From a virus: 64,000 nucleotides of DNA. Both the position numbers and the translations under genes were made by a program. Positions 26,872-35,933 of the stretch are shown here, in pieces. The stretch's first letter is position 1. Every line of letters starts with the position of its first letter. Location of the stretch: positions 1 through 64,000 of the IMG/VR virus record IMGVR_UViG_3300025682_000001; one strand, written 5' to 3'. The notes below the pieces were generated by a model, which saw only the letters and a list, made by a program, of their open reading frames with translations, was not told where the DNA came from and ran no database searches.

Positions 26872-27405
26872 GGAGACAGGAGCCGGCCTGACATGGTGTC
26901 AGGGATAGGGACTCCCGACCGGGTGAAAGGCCCGTCTCGGCAACCCGCGAGTATGTGTGAGGTGCTCCAGCCACACTGAAAGCGGGTATGGGCCGGTTTT
27001 AAGGTTGGTGGGCGGGCTGGCATACGCCAGCCCGCCAGCTGCCTCGGGGGCTAAAGTGCTCAAGCCCGAGGTCCATGTGGCACCACAAACTGCATGGATC
27101 ATCTGGAGAAGGCGGCGGGCCAAGCCGCGTGGTTTGTGGAGGAGCGACGGGGCCCCATCCCTGTTGCTCAAGCCCCATCGGCCCATCGGTATTACGCCGG
27201 ACCCGTCTGGGCGGGCAACCGGCTTTGAGCTGCGGCGAGACCTTAACCCGCAGACGGCGCGTCCGTTAAGGCGCTGCGAAAAACTTAACGGCGAGAGGCG
27301 GAGGGGCCACGGGAGCTCCCGCTCTCTCGACATCCAGGTTAGCCCCTACCCGTGGTGGGGCTAACCACCTCTTGGGGGGCCGGCTAATAACCGGCCCCTC
27401 TTTTT
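26872..27405 (+). ncRNA. Candidate large structured non-coding RNA (about 530 nt), class unassigned
   Basis: No credible ORF. Extended -10-like promoter TGtTATAAAtATAAT at 26857-26871. Intrinsic terminator at 27376-27405. Many long perfect helices: 27011-27021/27026-27036, 27337-27346/27357-27366, 27083-27090/27132-27139, 26881-26888/26991-26998. Confidence 0.5.
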
Positions 27406-27640
27406 ATAACCTAACGATTTCAAGAACGCTCCACTTTGGAGAGTAACGAATTAAGATGTGGATATGGTCTTTGTCTATCTCTTGTTCAATAATTTGCCAA
27501 CTATAACGATTAGATATAGATTCGATTTCAGTTTTAATATCATCACCAACTTTTAATAATAACTTTTTTCGATACTTGCAAACAAATATTAAATGGCACA
27601 TAAGCAAATGTTTGCTGTGGTTTTCAGAAATATATTCCAT
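27404..27640 (-). pseudogene. tnpA: Truncated IS200-type Y1 (HUH) transposase TnpA (78 aa, C-terminal part missing)
   Basis: HLIFVCKYRKKLL and HUH motif DHIHILI are present. The ORF stops after SVLEIVRL, before the region that carries the catalytic Tyr in full-length TnpA. The truncation point coincides with the GC-rich junction. Confidence 0.75.
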
Positions 27641-27774
27641 TACTTTTCTAAGCCTTTTCGAATTAGTTCGTAAACAGCACCTGAAAAACTTTCAATACTA
27701 TTCTTTTTTTGATATTCCTCAATCCTCACTACTAAATCGACAGGAAACTTAATTAATTTTGGTACACGTTCCAT
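27640..27774 (-). CDS. Small ribbon-helix-helix-like protein (44 aa) upstream of tnpA
   Basis: MERVPKLIKFPVDLVVRIEEYQKKNSIESFSGAVYELIRKGLEK. RBS GGAGTG. Its stop overlaps the tnpA ATG (TAATG). Below the ORF-track cutoff. Confidence 0.45.
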   Translation of the reverse strand: MERVPKLIKFPVDLVVRIEEYQKKNSIESFSGAVYELIRKGLEK

Positions 27775-27807
27775 TTGTATCACACTCCTTTAAAAAAGTA
27801 TATACTA

Positions 27808-27836
27808 TTGACATATACTAATACTTCATATATACT
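27808..27836 (+). promoter_or_regulatory. Sigma-70-like promoter for tnpB (TTGACA-N17-TATACT), embedded in GTATATAC-type palindromes
   Basis: Read directly. AGTATATACT / TATAGTATATAC repeats flank it. Confidence 0.6.
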
Positions 27837-27867
27837 TATAGTATATACAAAAAGGAGGTGAAAATCA

Positions 27868-28986
27868 ATGATAGTAAATAAGGCATATAAATTTAGAATC
27901 TATCCAAATAAAGAACAAGAAATATTAATTAACAAAACATTTGGTTGTTCCCGATTTGTATTTAATCATTTTTTAGCAAAACGGGACAATACTTACAAAG
28001 AAACAGGAAAATGTTTAACTTACAATTCTTGTTCTGCTCAGTTAACACAACTAAAAAAAGAATTAACTTGGCTAAAAGAAGTAGATAGTATTGCAATTCA
28101 ATCATCGTTGAAAAATCTTGCTGACGCTTATTCTCGTTTCTTTAAGAAACAAAACGATAGACCACGTTTTAAGTCCAAGAAAAATCCTGTTCAGTCTTAC
28201 ACGACAAAGCATACAAATGGCAATATTGCTATTGATGGTAATAAAATCAAATTGCCGAAACTTGGATGGATTCGTTTTGCTAAAAGTCGAGAAGTTGAAG
28301 GTCGCATTTTAAATGTAACCATTAGACGAAATCCAAGTGGTAAATACTTTGTATCTATTTTAGTTGAAACAGAAGTTCAAGAATTATCTAAAACTAATTC
28401 TGCTATTGGAATTGATGTAGGATTAAAGGATTTCGCTATTTTGTCTAATGGAACGACTTATGCAAATCCTAAATTTTTCCGTAAATTAGAAGAAAAATTA
28501 GCAAAAGCACAACGTATTCTTTCTAGACGTACAAAAGGTAGTTCTAATTGGAATAAACAACGAATTAAAGTTGCTCGTATTCATGAAAAAATCACAAACA
28601 CAAGAAACGATTACTTGCATAAAATCTCTACCGAAATTATCAAAAACCACGATATTATCGGTATAGAAGATTTGCAAGTAAGTAATATGTTGAGAAATCA
28701 TAATCTTGCAAAAGCGATTAGTGAAGTATCTTGGTCACAATTTAGAACGATGTTGGAATATAAAGCTAAATGGTATGGAAAACAAGTAGTTACCGTAGCT
28801 AAAAACTTCCCATCCAGTCAACTTTGTTCTTGTTGCGGCTATAAAAATAAAGACGTTAAAAATCTCGGATTACGTGAATGGGAATGTCCTAATTGTCATA
28901 CCCACCATGACCGAGATATTAACGCAAGTTTAAATCTTCGCAAGGAAGCCTTGCGATTAACCGTAGGAACTACGGGGATAGCCTAA
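27868..28986 (+). CDS. tnpB: TnpB (IS605 OrfB family, RuvC-type RNA-guided nuclease)
   Basis: [11 protein letters not shown]...[42 protein letters not shown]. Zn finger CSCCG...CPNC. RBS AAAGGAGGTG. Confidence 0.9.
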   Translation: MIVNKAYKFRIYPNKEQEILINKTFGCSRFVFNHFLAKRDNTYKETGKCLTYNSCSAQLTQLKKELTWLKEVDSIAIQSSLKNLADAYSRFFKKQNDRPRFKSKKNPVQSYTTKHTNGNIAIDGNKIKLPKLGWIRFAKSREVEGRILNVTIRRNPSGKYFVSILVETEVQELSKTNSAIGIDVGLKDFAILSNGTTYANPKFFRKLEEKLAKAQRILSRRTKGSSNWNKQRIKVARIHEKITNTRNDYLHKISTEIIKNHDIIGIEDLQVSNMLRNHNLAKAISEVSWSQFRTMLEYKAKWYGKQVVTVAKNFPSSQLCSCCGYKNKDVKNLGLREWECPNCHTHHDRDINASLNLRKEALRLTVGTTGIA

Positions 28987-29049
28987 TCAATTAGAGTTCG
29001 ATAGAACTCTGTACTTAGGAATCCACTATGGCTTTAGCCTAGTGGTAGT
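28870..29049 (+). ncRNA. Putative TnpB omega/right-end RNA scaffold (extent approximate)
   Basis: By analogy with characterised TnpB systems, the guide RNA derives from the tnpB 3' end plus the right end. Hairpins seen at 28993-29010 (AGAGTTC-gata-GAACTCT) and 29023-29045. Confidence 0.35.
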
Positions 29050-29241
29050 TCAATTTACTCCTCCCAAACGCGCGCTAGGTATTACCTGCAATAGCGTGGG
29101 ACAATTCTCGTCGGCCACCAGCACCAGTCGACTTAGCAGCTCGGATGGCTGATTGCCACGCCATACCACAACATTGCCATCTGCGGACACTCTGATAGTG
29201 GTGTCGGTATCTTCAACCTCGATCGCTAGCTTATCGCTCAT
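29050..29241 (-). CDS. Hypothetical protein (63 aa), last gene of the baseplate block
   Basis: ATG overlaps the stop of the J-like gene (ATGA). Confidence 0.5.
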   Translation of the reverse strand: MSDKLAIEVEDTDTTIRVSADGNVVVWRGNQPSELLSRLVLVADENCPTLLQVIPSARLGGVN

Positions 29242-30374
29242 GATATCGTCGCCCTCTTCCAGTCTTCAGCTCCTAGGCGGAGCTTGCCCTCGCGTGTGAT
29301 GTAAATGCTGTTGCCGTATATCTTCTGCCCATAGGGCTGGCCGCTATCAGTCCATATCCATTTGCCGGGGTCGAAGCTAGCCTTGTTGGAGTCAAATCCA
29401 TCGAAGATGATCTCCCCGCCATGTGCAGTGGCAAGGACTAGATCCTCCACGCCTAGCGCTGAGTAGTTTTCTTGATCCGCCTCCTCCAAATCTTCGACTA
29501 GGTCTTTCGGATTTGGCAGGCCAAAGGAACCGGCTGGTGGTGCTAGCAGCGATCCGAAGTAAGCTTCGCTAGGATTGTATAAGCTATTGCCGCGTGTCTT
29601 GCGTGCGAAGTCAACCCTGACATATGGCAGTCCCGAGCCTGGCATGACTTCATGCATAAGGTCACGCTGCATTGCTGGATCGCCAAAACCGACGACGTCT
29701 ATCTCGAGAATCGTGGGCAGCGCGTCTCTCAGCGTGGTCTCTGCGCTAGCAGCGGTGATGATAAGCTGGCGGGTATTGACCGACTCGGTAATGCGTCTGC
29801 CGAATGCGGCGTTGTCTTCTCTTTTAACCCCCTGAGTAAAGGCGTGTTGATTAGTGATGCTAGTCCATGGCGCGTAGAATGCGCTCTCGATATCAGTAAT
29901 AGCCCCCACGCCGACATTGTACTCTTCACCAGAAGCTTCAGCCACAACGGTGATGTCACAGTAATAGCGGCTGCCCTCGCGCTGACTGCGCATGCGGTTT
30001 TCGCTGAAGGAGTACTCGTTATCGGCGACGAATCTCAAGCCATTATTGGATAGAACTCTAAAGCCGACCGGGATGGACACCGCCGTGGGCTCGCTGAAGT
30101 AGATGCGCACCCGGCCGGTAGCGATCCCTCCCGGAGAGCGTGATAGCAGCCAAATACTAGCATAGGCGTCTACCAGGCTGTCAGGCAGATCAACCCAATT
30201 GGACACGGCGTAATTGCCTAGATGCCGCGATAGTTTGCTGAATAAGTCATACGCCAGGATACAGAACGCCTTGATGAGCAAATCATACGCGCCAGTGCCC
30301 TCGCGGAATGCAACATTAGGGAAATACTCCTGTGCATATCGCGTGGCGTAATTTAGGATTGCATCGTATTTCAT
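29238..30374 (-). CDS. Baseplate J-like protein (P2 gpJ / T4 gp6-type family)
   Basis: LVDAYASIWLLSRSPGGIATGRVRIYFSEPTAVSIPVGFRVLSNNGLRFVADNE matches the Baseplate_J pattern (Ld-la--gl-R--g--A-G-v-f----v-ip-G--v----g--f). Start trimmed to the ATG at 30374 after GGAGG. Confidence 0.6.
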   Translation of the reverse strand: MKYDAILNYATRYAQEYFPNVAFREGTGAYDLLIKAFCILAYDLFSKLSRHLGNYAVSNWVDLPDSLVDAYASIWLLSRSPGGIATGRVRIYFSEPTAVSIPVGFRVLSNNGLRFVADNEYSFSENRMRSQREGSRYYCDITVVAEASGEEYNVGVGAITDIESAFYAPWTSITNQHAFTQGVKREDNAAFGRRITESVNTRQLIITAASAETTLRDALPTILEIDVVGFGDPAMQRDLMHEVMPGSGLPYVRVDFARKTRGNSLYNPSEAYFGSLLAPPAGSFGLPNPKDLVEDLEEADQENYSALGVEDLVLATAHGGEIIFDGFDSNKASFDPGKWIWTDSGQPYGQKIYGNSIYITREGKLRLGAEDWKRATIS

Positions 30375-30847
30375 GATCCTCCAATGGGCATTTGCCACAA
30401 GCTGGCCTCGCCGGCGACAGATTTTATAATTACCGGGATAATCCATTGCCCGGTTTTACTGTCGAAATAGATACTGTCATGAAGCGTGAGTGATTGCAGC
30501 AACTCGTCCTTTGGGTAGCCCTTGCCGAGTTGGCGTGCTATGATTTGCTGCTCAACAGCCTTGACGGCACGGTCGACGTATACGTTGGGCGAGCCTTCTC
30601 CCGTATCAAGCGGAGACATGCCTAGTAGTTGCAGCAATCCTCCCCCGTCATCGTTGATCACGTCACGCCCTTTAGTCTTCATCAACTCGACGAATACGAT
30701 CTGCACCAGCAAGGCGTAACCCCTCGGGCCGTAACATAACTCATCGCCGAAGGCTATCTCGCAACGATAGGCCTTAGTCCCCAGCTTGGCTATCGTGTCA
30801 TCGTCGGCTTCATGGTATTTTAGAACTGATATGTCTTTCATCCGCAC
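30371..30847 (-). CDS. Possible gp25/GPW-like baseplate wedge protein
   Basis: LVQIVFVELMKTKGRDVINDDGGGLLQLLG resembles the gp25 motif (i-qsi--iL-T--GeR------G--l--ll). Sits immediately upstream of the J-like gene, as in P2/Mu-type baseplates. Confidence 0.4.
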   Translation of the reverse strand: MRMKDISVLKYHEADDDTIAKLGTKAYRCEIAFGDELCYGPRGYALLVQIVFVELMKTKGRDVINDDGGGLLQLLGMSPLDTGEGSPNVYVDRAVKAVEQQIIARQLGKGYPKDELLQSLTLHDSIYFDSKTGQWIIPVIIKSVAGEASLWQMPIGGS

Positions 30848-32673
30848 ACCACGCCTTGCAGTTCGGTGATCTCTGCTATTCTAGCCTCGACTTCGCTGAT
30901 GCGATTAGTGATGGCCATGAAGGCTTTAAACTGAAATGCCGGCAGGCTAATAGCCGTGCGATTGGCCACCACATCCTCAGCCTCTACTTCTCCTAGTATA
31001 GCATTAACTCGTAAAGCGATAGAAGAGTCATCCAGCATACGCGCCACGGAATTACTTATACACTCCACGGCGAGGCTAGTCAGGCCTAGCTCTGTAACGG
31101 AAAGGTGCAGCAGCCCTTCTAGTTGACCAGTCTCTAAATACCTCACCGCGCCCATCCATCCGGCATTGGTGAGCAGGTCTTTGATGTAATAGTACTGCGG
31201 ATCCTCATAGTCGTGGAACCCGTCAAGCAGCTTGATGCAGCGCCTGTCGCTGCGCTTAACGTTGCGTATCATATTACGCAGATCTTGAAACCGACGATTC
31301 CATGATGCGTGGGCTGATAGCAGCTCTTCAAGATGCCCCACGGTCATGATAAACGTCTCCAGCATAATCCCCAGGCGGGTTATTGTGAAGTCATACTCGC
31401 TGAGTGATCTAACGCGATCGTTGGGCTGATGGGGGTATACTATATAGTTCAACTCATCCGAGCCCTGCATGGTCCCGGATACAACGTTAATCCCAAATGG
31501 GTCAGGCAGCGCCCCTAGGCCGGCCAGCATCAGGACGTTGGTCCTCAGATCATTGCGCCACTGCATGTTATACATAGGCGCAACCGCGCGGCGCTCGTTT
31601 TCAACTACGTCTTTCATCTGGCCAAATATGGTGAAGAGCGAGTCGTGCACGTGTTCGAGCACGGTATCGCTCACCGCGAAATCGCCACCCAGCCCCAGGA
31701 GTGGCGTGCTGGCGGACGAGGTGCGCATACGGTTGAGCGTTTCAGCGCCCAGGATGATAAACGTTTGCCATCCTTGAATGCGGCCGGAAATGCGGAATAG
31801 GCAGTTGTAATCTTCTTTTAGCTCGCCGAGAAGATCCGCCACGGCATGCAAGTCCTCCATGAAGGGCTCGCCAATCTGTCGCCGGAATGACCACTCGAAG
31901 GGGCGATTAGGCGCCTGGCCGGTTATGCCCTTGAGCTGATCGCCTATCTCGGTCATGAATTCGTTGAATACGTCATCGCTTGATAGCAATCTCCAGGCGA
32001 GCAGCATTTTGTTTTCAGCACGCCCTAGGCGTTGAGCATCCCATGAGCCGGCATTGGCGTCTATCCTGGCATTCTGGACTTCGCGGTCTGCATCACGCAC
32101 GGCCCTTGAAGCGGCTATGACATTCTCGCAGAATTTCTTCCACCAATCGTACTGCGCTAGGGCGTCGATGTGTGCTTGCAGCTCGGATAGCTTAAGCTCT
32201 ATCTGTTGCAGGAGCAGGGCTCTGTTATTGAGCTCGTCTTTTAGGTTGTTGACCATGTTCTGTATCGCGGCGAGTAGCAGTGGCTGGAAATAGCGTGATA
32301 TCTCTGCCTTGATGAAAACCCAAAGCGTGGATGCAAAGTCCCCGTGCCCACCTAGCGCGCCTTTTACATCCTGATAGCCGCCCTCGAGCAGGCTAGTCAG
32401 GCCGTCAACTATCGCACGGAAGATGCTCCCGCCGGCTTCTGACATGTCAACGCCTTGCTCGAGGACGTATCGCGCTAGCGCGAGGAAAGACCGCCCGGCG
32501 CTTTGTAGATTAGCCCTAAGCCCGTCATGGCGCAGGATGCTAGCATCTAGCAGGCTAGTAAAAAAACAGCTGTAGAAGCAGATATCGCCTGCAACTTGAT
32601 TGAACGACTCGAGTGTTGCTCTCCCGAGATACTTAGCGGGCACGCCAGAGTCGCACTGGATTCCTATTGGCAT
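30838..32673 (-). CDS. Hypothetical protein (611 aa), helical
   Basis: Long ORF. Its ATG overlaps the stop of the sigma-like gene (TAATG). Confidence 0.6.
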   Translation of the reverse strand: MPIGIQCDSGVPAKYLGRATLESFNQVAGDICFYSCFFTSLLDASILRHDGLRANLQSAGRSFLALARYVLEQGVDMSEAGGSIFRAIVDGLTSLLEGGYQDVKGALGGHGDFASTLWVFIKAEISRYFQPLLLAAIQNMVNNLKDELNNRALLLQQIELKLSELQAHIDALAQYDWWKKFCENVIAASRAVRDADREVQNARIDANAGSWDAQRLGRAENKMLLAWRLLSSDDVFNEFMTEIGDQLKGITGQAPNRPFEWSFRRQIGEPFMEDLHAVADLLGELKEDYNCLFRISGRIQGWQTFIILGAETLNRMRTSSASTPLLGLGGDFAVSDTVLEHVHDSLFTIFGQMKDVVENERRAVAPMYNMQWRNDLRTNVLMLAGLGALPDPFGINVVSGTMQGSDELNYIVYPHQPNDRVRSLSEYDFTITRLGIMLETFIMTVGHLEELLSAHASWNRRFQDLRNMIRNVKRSDRRCIKLLDGFHDYEDPQYYYIKDLLTNAGWMGAVRYLETGQLEGLLHLSVTELGLTSLAVECISNSVARMLDDSSIALRVNAILGEVEAEDVVANRTAISLPAFQFKAFMAITNRISEVEARIAEITELQGVVCG

Positions 32674-33632
32674 TACTGTACTCCGGACAGAGCTCTAGTC
32701 CACCTGCGCCGCCATGCGTAAATATCAGCGGCGGTAACGCCTAGGTCTTTAGCCAGGTCTTCGGCGAGAAGGTGTCCGCCGCGATGCGAGAATAGCTTAT
32801 CGAAAGCCTGCCGCTCCTTGCCCTCTAGCTGAGAGCGCAGATAGATGGCCCTGTCGTCTAGCTTAGAGCGCGCGTTATCTATAAACTGCTCTTCGTGTTC
32901 GGAGACATTGCTAGAAGCTAGCATGGATTGCGTCTTAGCCGCCCGGATACGCTGGATATGATTAAGCGGCATTTTCATATACTCGGCCATTTCGGCATCA
33001 TTTGGCGTACGCCCGAGATTGTCGGCCAAAGCTTGCTGTGCCGCCTCATAGCGCCCGAACTCCTTAGAGAGAAACTCGGGGACATAGGAGACGTTTTGAT
33101 ACTGCTTGACGAACCTGTCCAGCGGCCGGATTTGATTCATCACATACGTGCTCAGCTTGGACTTAGTCGGGTCATACTTACCCAGAGCATCCCGCGCCAG
33201 CATCATGCTTTTATGCATCAGTATATTGTACGGGATGGGGTATTGTGTATATTTATTCAATACGTGCTTGAAGAGTGGAGTCAGGGAGTCGAGCAGGTCT
33301 TCCACGTATTGGTCATTGCCCGTCTTCTGCCATTGACGCCATAGCTCAAGCTGACGCTCGTGCAGGCTCGCCGGCGCTCCGGCGGGCTCTTCGATGGGCA
33401 TATCCGGCATTAAGTCGTCGTCTAGGTCCATATTAAGCTCAGGCATGTCTAGGCCGGGAACGGGCTCGTCGGGCTCGTCTAGCAAGTCGTCATCGTCATA
33501 GTCTGCCGCCGTTTTGGTCAACCTATCGTAAAGCGCTTCAGCAATGGGCCGGACTATTTCTCCTGAGATAACTCCGCGCCGACCGCGGAATCCGCGCTTG
33601 ACTAAAGCATCGACGAAACTCTTCTTATCCAT
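32673..33632 (-). CDS. Sigma-70 family RNA polymerase sigma factor (group 3/4-like) with an acidic N-terminal region
   Basis: Region 2: LMHKSMMLARDALGKYDPTKSKLSTYVMNQIRPLDRFV. Region 3: LADNLGRTPNDAEMAEYMKMPLNHIQRI. Region 4: LEGKERQAFDKLF...LAEDLAKDLGVTAADIYAWRRRWTRAL. ATG at 33632 after GGAGAG (the track ORF starts at the GTG at 33644). Confidence 0.7.
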   Translation of the reverse strand: MDKKSFVDALVKRGFRGRRGVISGEIVRPIAEALYDRLTKTAADYDDDDLLDEPDEPVPGLDMPELNMDLDDDLMPDMPIEEPAGAPASLHERQLELWRQWQKTGNDQYVEDLLDSLTPLFKHVLNKYTQYPIPYNILMHKSMMLARDALGKYDPTKSKLSTYVMNQIRPLDRFVKQYQNVSYVPEFLSKEFGRYEAAQQALADNLGRTPNDAEMAEYMKMPLNHIQRIRAAKTQSMLASSNVSEHEEQFIDNARSKLDDRAIYLRSQLEGKERQAFDKLFSHRGGHLLAEDLAKDLGVTAADIYAWRRRWTRALSGVQ

Positions 33633-33633
33633 G

Positions 33634-35751
33634 TCACTCTCCACCTAAGATATCGGGATTGAGGCGTGTTAGCGGATTAACCTCCAGGTCTTCTGGGGAG
33701 ACTAGCAGGTCTAAAGCCTCCGTTGGCCCGCGTGCAATGTTAATGCCGAAGTACATGTTAGCCGCTATTTCAGTGTAGCATTCCTGGCGCTCTTTGCAAA
33801 ACGCCCCGGCAATGCGTGCGTCATTAGGAATAGTAGCGCCAACCTCTAGCCCTAGCTCTTCCATGTTGCGCAGGGTGACACTATTAGTTTTTAGCGAGTA
33901 ACCACCCGAGGCGATGAACTCGTCGCTAGACATATCCGCTCCGTGGAAGTCAACCATGACTTGCTTAACGCTCTGCGTGATGCGCTTGCCGTAGTTGTAG
34001 GCGTAAATCTCGGGATACTCACATCCGGAATACTCATCCCACAGCAGGTCGATGGCGTTCTTGATAGCATACTTGTCCTGCTTAGCCGCCTTAACCTCAG
34101 CCTCGGTCATCTCGGGGTCGTTGTAGAGGTGCTTGAGGATTGACATGTCATCCCGCTCTTCTGTGTTGATGTACTCTAGCGAGGTTTGATATCTCCCCAG
34201 CAGGGCTGGGTAAACGTATATCCCAACATTTTCCGGCTTATACATATCATCAAACCACGTATCGCTAGCATAGTCCGGCGTGGGCTCGTCATAAGGCCTG
34301 ACGTTAGTAATGGCCTGATAGAGTGTATAGCACCCCGAGTCAATATCTAGCACATGCCGGATGCTCTCCAGGAATCCTACATAGTGACACCCATTGCGCG
34401 CGAGTACTGCCACGGGAAATCCGGGGACAGGTTTAAGATTTAACGGACATCCATGCGCTCCACCGCCTATGGCTAGGGAGCATGATGCGTAAACCTGAGC
34501 CAGGAAAGACTGAGCACTGAAGGCCTTGACGTAATCAGAGCCCATGTCCTTGATGTACTCCGGCCGGTTATAGCTCAATGCGCTCATTACGATGCCGCGA
34601 TAGCACTCCTCCGGAGTGGCGTGCTGCTTCCCGTGCGCCCTGAGCCCTTCTCGGAAATCCTCCGGGAAATAGATGGCGTTGGAGTTATAGTTTTCACTTA
34701 ACGCGCCTGTCCCGCCTATGCGGCCTATACCTCGAGTTGGCCGTTGGGTAGGAGTATCTCCGAGGCTCAGCGTATCATATTGACTGGGCAGAATCACATT
34801 GCATCTCGGTGGCGGCGCGAATGGCATTTGGGGCATGAAGAGCATGTCATTCATGATGAGCTCATCAGGGTTATCAATAGACAACGACCCCACTCCCCCC
34901 TCGGGGGCGGTCATTTCCGTGGGGATAAACTCCGCATCTGGCTCGTCAATCCCGCCATACTTAGCGTTGATAAAAGACGGAGCTGGAACGTTAATGGCAA
35001 GGTATCTAATGAGATTCATGACGTGTAGCACTATCGCGGCAATAGGCTGACGACTCGATGATGCGCCTATGGTTTTATCTAGCAATACGCCCAGCTTAGT
35101 GGCGTCGAAATACCCCATGGCCTTTGAGTTGTCCTGCACGACAATGCTGTGGTCTAAGTTGAGCAGTTTCCATGTCAGATTGCAGGCCTGATTAGAGTTC
35201 AAGCCGGCGTCTTGCAGAAGCTCCTTAATCCCGCGAGCTAGTCCGTGCTGCTTAAGCTTACTGACTATTGAGCTAGTCTGACTTGTCCCGCTGCGGCTCC
35301 CCCAGTTTTCGCTGCTCATCGACAGGCCGCGGGACGTCTCGATCATATACGTCGCGACTTCTTGCATGAAGTAATTAGACCCCACGGCCATGATGACGGG
35401 GAAAGTGCCTTCTTTAGAAGTGACCAGTTGATACGAATATAGCCTTGCGGAGCCGATAAAAGATGTCTCGCCTAGCGCTTCATCTTCAACGAAGACATGG
35501 AATAGCGTCTTAGGCTGAATGCCCGATAGGGTATAGGTTGCCCTAATAGGTAATCCGGTCTCTTCATCCTTTTCAGAACCGTCAGCCGCCTTGATGACGC
35601 ATTTGCTAATCCAGCGCGGATCTGGGGGTAATACTATCTGAAAGACAGATTTACCGTTAGTGGCAAAATCGCATGTCACACGCCTCACGGGCATGCGCAC
35701 ACCCTCAACGTATACGATGGGGCGTTGTTTGCGGGCTATCATGCCTAACAC
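33634..35751 (-). CDS. Baseplate hub-like protein (gpD/Mu gp44-like), tentative
   Basis: 705-aa ORF positioned between the tape-measure-proximal genes and the W/J-like genes. The N-terminal beta-rich start (PIVYVEGVRMPVRRVTCDF) is hub-like. The call rests on position only. Confidence 0.35.
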   Translation of the reverse strand: MLGMIARKQRPIVYVEGVRMPVRRVTCDFATNGKSVFQIVLPPDPRWISKCVIKAADGSEKDEETGLPIRATYTLSGIQPKTLFHVFVEDEALGETSFIGSARLYSYQLVTSKEGTFPVIMAVGSNYFMQEVATYMIETSRGLSMSSENWGSRSGTSQTSSIVSKLKQHGLARGIKELLQDAGLNSNQACNLTWKLLNLDHSIVVQDNSKAMGYFDATKLGVLLDKTIGASSSRQPIAAIVLHVMNLIRYLAINVPAPSFINAKYGGIDEPDAEFIPTEMTAPEGGVGSLSIDNPDELIMNDMLFMPQMPFAPPPRCNVILPSQYDTLSLGDTPTQRPTRGIGRIGGTGALSENYNSNAIYFPEDFREGLRAHGKQHATPEECYRGIVMSALSYNRPEYIKDMGSDYVKAFSAQSFLAQVYASCSLAIGGGAHGCPLNLKPVPGFPVAVLARNGCHYVGFLESIRHVLDIDSGCYTLYQAITNVRPYDEPTPDYASDTWFDDMYKPENVGIYVYPALLGRYQTSLEYINTEERDDMSILKHLYNDPEMTEAEVKAAKQDKYAIKNAIDLLWDEYSGCEYPEIYAYNYGKRITQSVKQVMVDFHGADMSSDEFIASGGYSLKTNSVTLRNMEELGLEVGATIPNDARIAGAFCKERQECYTEIAANMYFGINIARGPTEALDLLVSPEDLEVNPLTRLNPDILGGE

Positions 35752-35933
35752 TAAGCCAACTCTCCCCGCCTGCCGACGAAGTGATCATCGGTTGCCGTAA
35801 ACTCTACGGTAATGGGTGTGTGGTCAATCACGGCGGGGACGTCAATGTGCTTGTATGTGTACGATGGATCTGCAAGTGGCATAGCGCTACCTCCCGTCTT
35901 AGTATGATACTCCTCGGGCGAGATCAAAATCAT
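35751..35933 (-). CDS. Small hypothetical protein (60 aa)
   Basis: Its stop overlaps the start of the hub-like gene. First gene after the inserted plus-strand island. Confidence 0.4.
   Translation of the reverse strand: MILISPEEYHTKTGGSAMPLADPSYTYKHIDVPAVIDHTPITVEFTATDDHFVGRRGELA

Larger units (their letters stand above)
27404..29049 (+). mobile_element. IS200/IS605-family element remnant (left end and 3' part of tnpA deleted, tnpB intact); visibly AT-rich relative to its flanks
   Basis: Truncated Y1 tnpA, divergent intact tnpB, right-end hairpins. Sharp base-composition change at both junctions (27404 and about 29049). Confidence 0.8.

Noticed and set aside
26881-26998. Possible cobalamin riboswitch at the 5' end of the structured region (AUAGGGA...GGGUGAAAGG...CCCGCGAG...GCCACACUG)
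   Set aside because: It has only loose resemblance to the core consensus. I could not find a B12 box (AGYCMGGAGACCKGCC-like), and there is no downstream ORF to regulate. It should still be tested with the Rfam model.
26899-27364. 135-aa (plus strand) and 144-aa (minus strand) ORFs inside the candidate ncRNA region
   Set aside because: Both are Arg/Pro/Gly-rich with no RBS and mirror each other. They coincide with dense stem-loops, so the open frames are best explained by GC-rich structured non-coding DNA.
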